A stretch of 63,923 nucleotides of DNA, the filler included, from Octopus bimaculoides (taxonomy: Eukaryota), in NCBI RefSeq assembly GCF_001194135.2. It is 5 parts of 4 records of this genome, joined end to end, with 100 filler letters (N's around TTAATTAATTAA, not from the genome) between each part and the next. Parts side by side here need not be neighbours in the genome. Positions count along the whole stretch, not along the records: positions 62,462 to 63,923 come from NC_068982.1; 4 more parts are not named here. One strand, written 5' to 3'. Position 1 is the stretch's first letter. Each line of letters starts with the position of its first letter. Under the pieces are notes generated by a model. That model did not search any database. It was not told the DNA's origin and saw only the letters and a program-made list of their open reading frames with translations. A program made the translations under genes and the position numbers. Shown here piece after piece: positions 62,946-63,923 of the stretch.

Positions 62946-63124
62946 TCTACAAGCCAACATGATCAATTAATAGCGGTCAAAGGGAGACAATCCCTTGTTG
63001 TTGGCAGTAATGAAGTAGTTTCCTCATTCATTTTCTAGAGAGACGGGTTTTAGAGTTTGAAGAAAAGCTGTAAAGTTAAGCGGTTTATGTATGTATACAT
63101 ATATGTATCTATATATGTATCAAT

Positions 63125-63192
<68 letters not shown>

Positions 63193-63400
63193 CAGAAATG
63201 GAAAAACAAAACATTAAATTGAACACTTATAAATTCAATTCAAGTTAAATTATTTATACAAACAAACGACACTTCTATGTATGTATGTATGTATGTATGT
63301 ATGTATGTATGTATCTATGTATCTATGTATCTATGCATGTATCAATGTATGTACATATATATATATATGTATGTATATATATATGTATATATATGTATGC

Positions 63401-63923
63401 CAGGGTCTACGATTTGGTGGTAATTACATCACTCAATCCCTTCATGAACTTATTAGTGCATTCTGGAGGGATGGTGCAATCCCCAAGGACTGGAAGGATG
63501 CAATTATTCTTCCTCTATATAAAGGAAAAGGAGCCAGAACAATGTGTGGTAATTACAAAGGTATTGCTCTATTATCAGCTGTTGGCAAGGTCCTGGCAAA
63601 TATTCTTCTTACCCGTCTGAATGGGTGTCTCGTAAATGATGTCCTATCTGAATCTCAATGTGGCTTCCGATCTGGTAGAGGGACAATGGATATGATTTTC
63701 ACAGCAAGACAGATGCAGGAGAAGTGCTATGAGCAGAATATGGATTTTGTCCAGGTATTCATTGATTTAGCAAATGCCTTTGATACTGTAAATAGAGCCT
63801 TTCTATGGAAAATACTTGGCAAACTTGGATGTCCGGATCACTTTGTACCTATAATTAAATCATTTCATGATGGGATGGAGGCTTGGGTCAATGTTGGTGG
63901 TGGCATGGCGGGACCCATTCCTG
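63401..63923 (+). mobile_element. RTE-clade (BovB-like) LINE ORF2 reverse transcriptase, open frame running off the window
   Basis: 174 codons without a stop: ..IPKDWKDAIILPLYKGKG..CGNYKGIALLSAVGKVLANILLTRL..LSESQCGFRSGRGTMDMIFTARQMQEKCYEQN..FIDLANAFDTVNRAFLWKIL.KLGCP. The 5' end abuts a (TA/TATG)n tract. Confidence 0.95.

Overview
Non-coding, repeat-saturated eukaryotic scaffold, not prokaryotic. About 9.6 kb (~15%) is N gap by my tally. The extreme density of compound di/tri/tetranucleotide microsatellites and the tRNA-derived SINE families suggest an octopus (cephalopod) genome; this is inference. I find no host protein-coding gene. Nearly all ORFs in the track are microsatellite or gap artefacts. 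Recognisable content is transposon debris: four mariner remnants, a Tigger/pogo-like MITE, two Penelope-like (PLE) fragments, two RTE fragments (one an uninterrupted RT frame running off the window end, absent from the ORF track), two Tx1/L1 3' ends, two R4/Dong REL-endonuclease fragments, a split CR1/L2-group fragment and more than 10 SINEs. The best leads are: (1) non-LTR retrotransposons that appear to insert into specific microsatellites, Tx1 in (TCTA)n and R4/Dong in (TAA)n; (2) several PLE-type type I hammerhead ribozyme folds, three of them one substitution from the canonical core and clustered partly at 19.2-20.1 kb; (3) motif-dense unique islands, including a palindromic double E-box (CLEAR-like) with an ATF4/C-EBP site and an ETS+YY1 pair, plus minus-strand splice signals that include a possible 18-nt microexon. 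All translations and folds were done by eye, and element boundaries are approximate.
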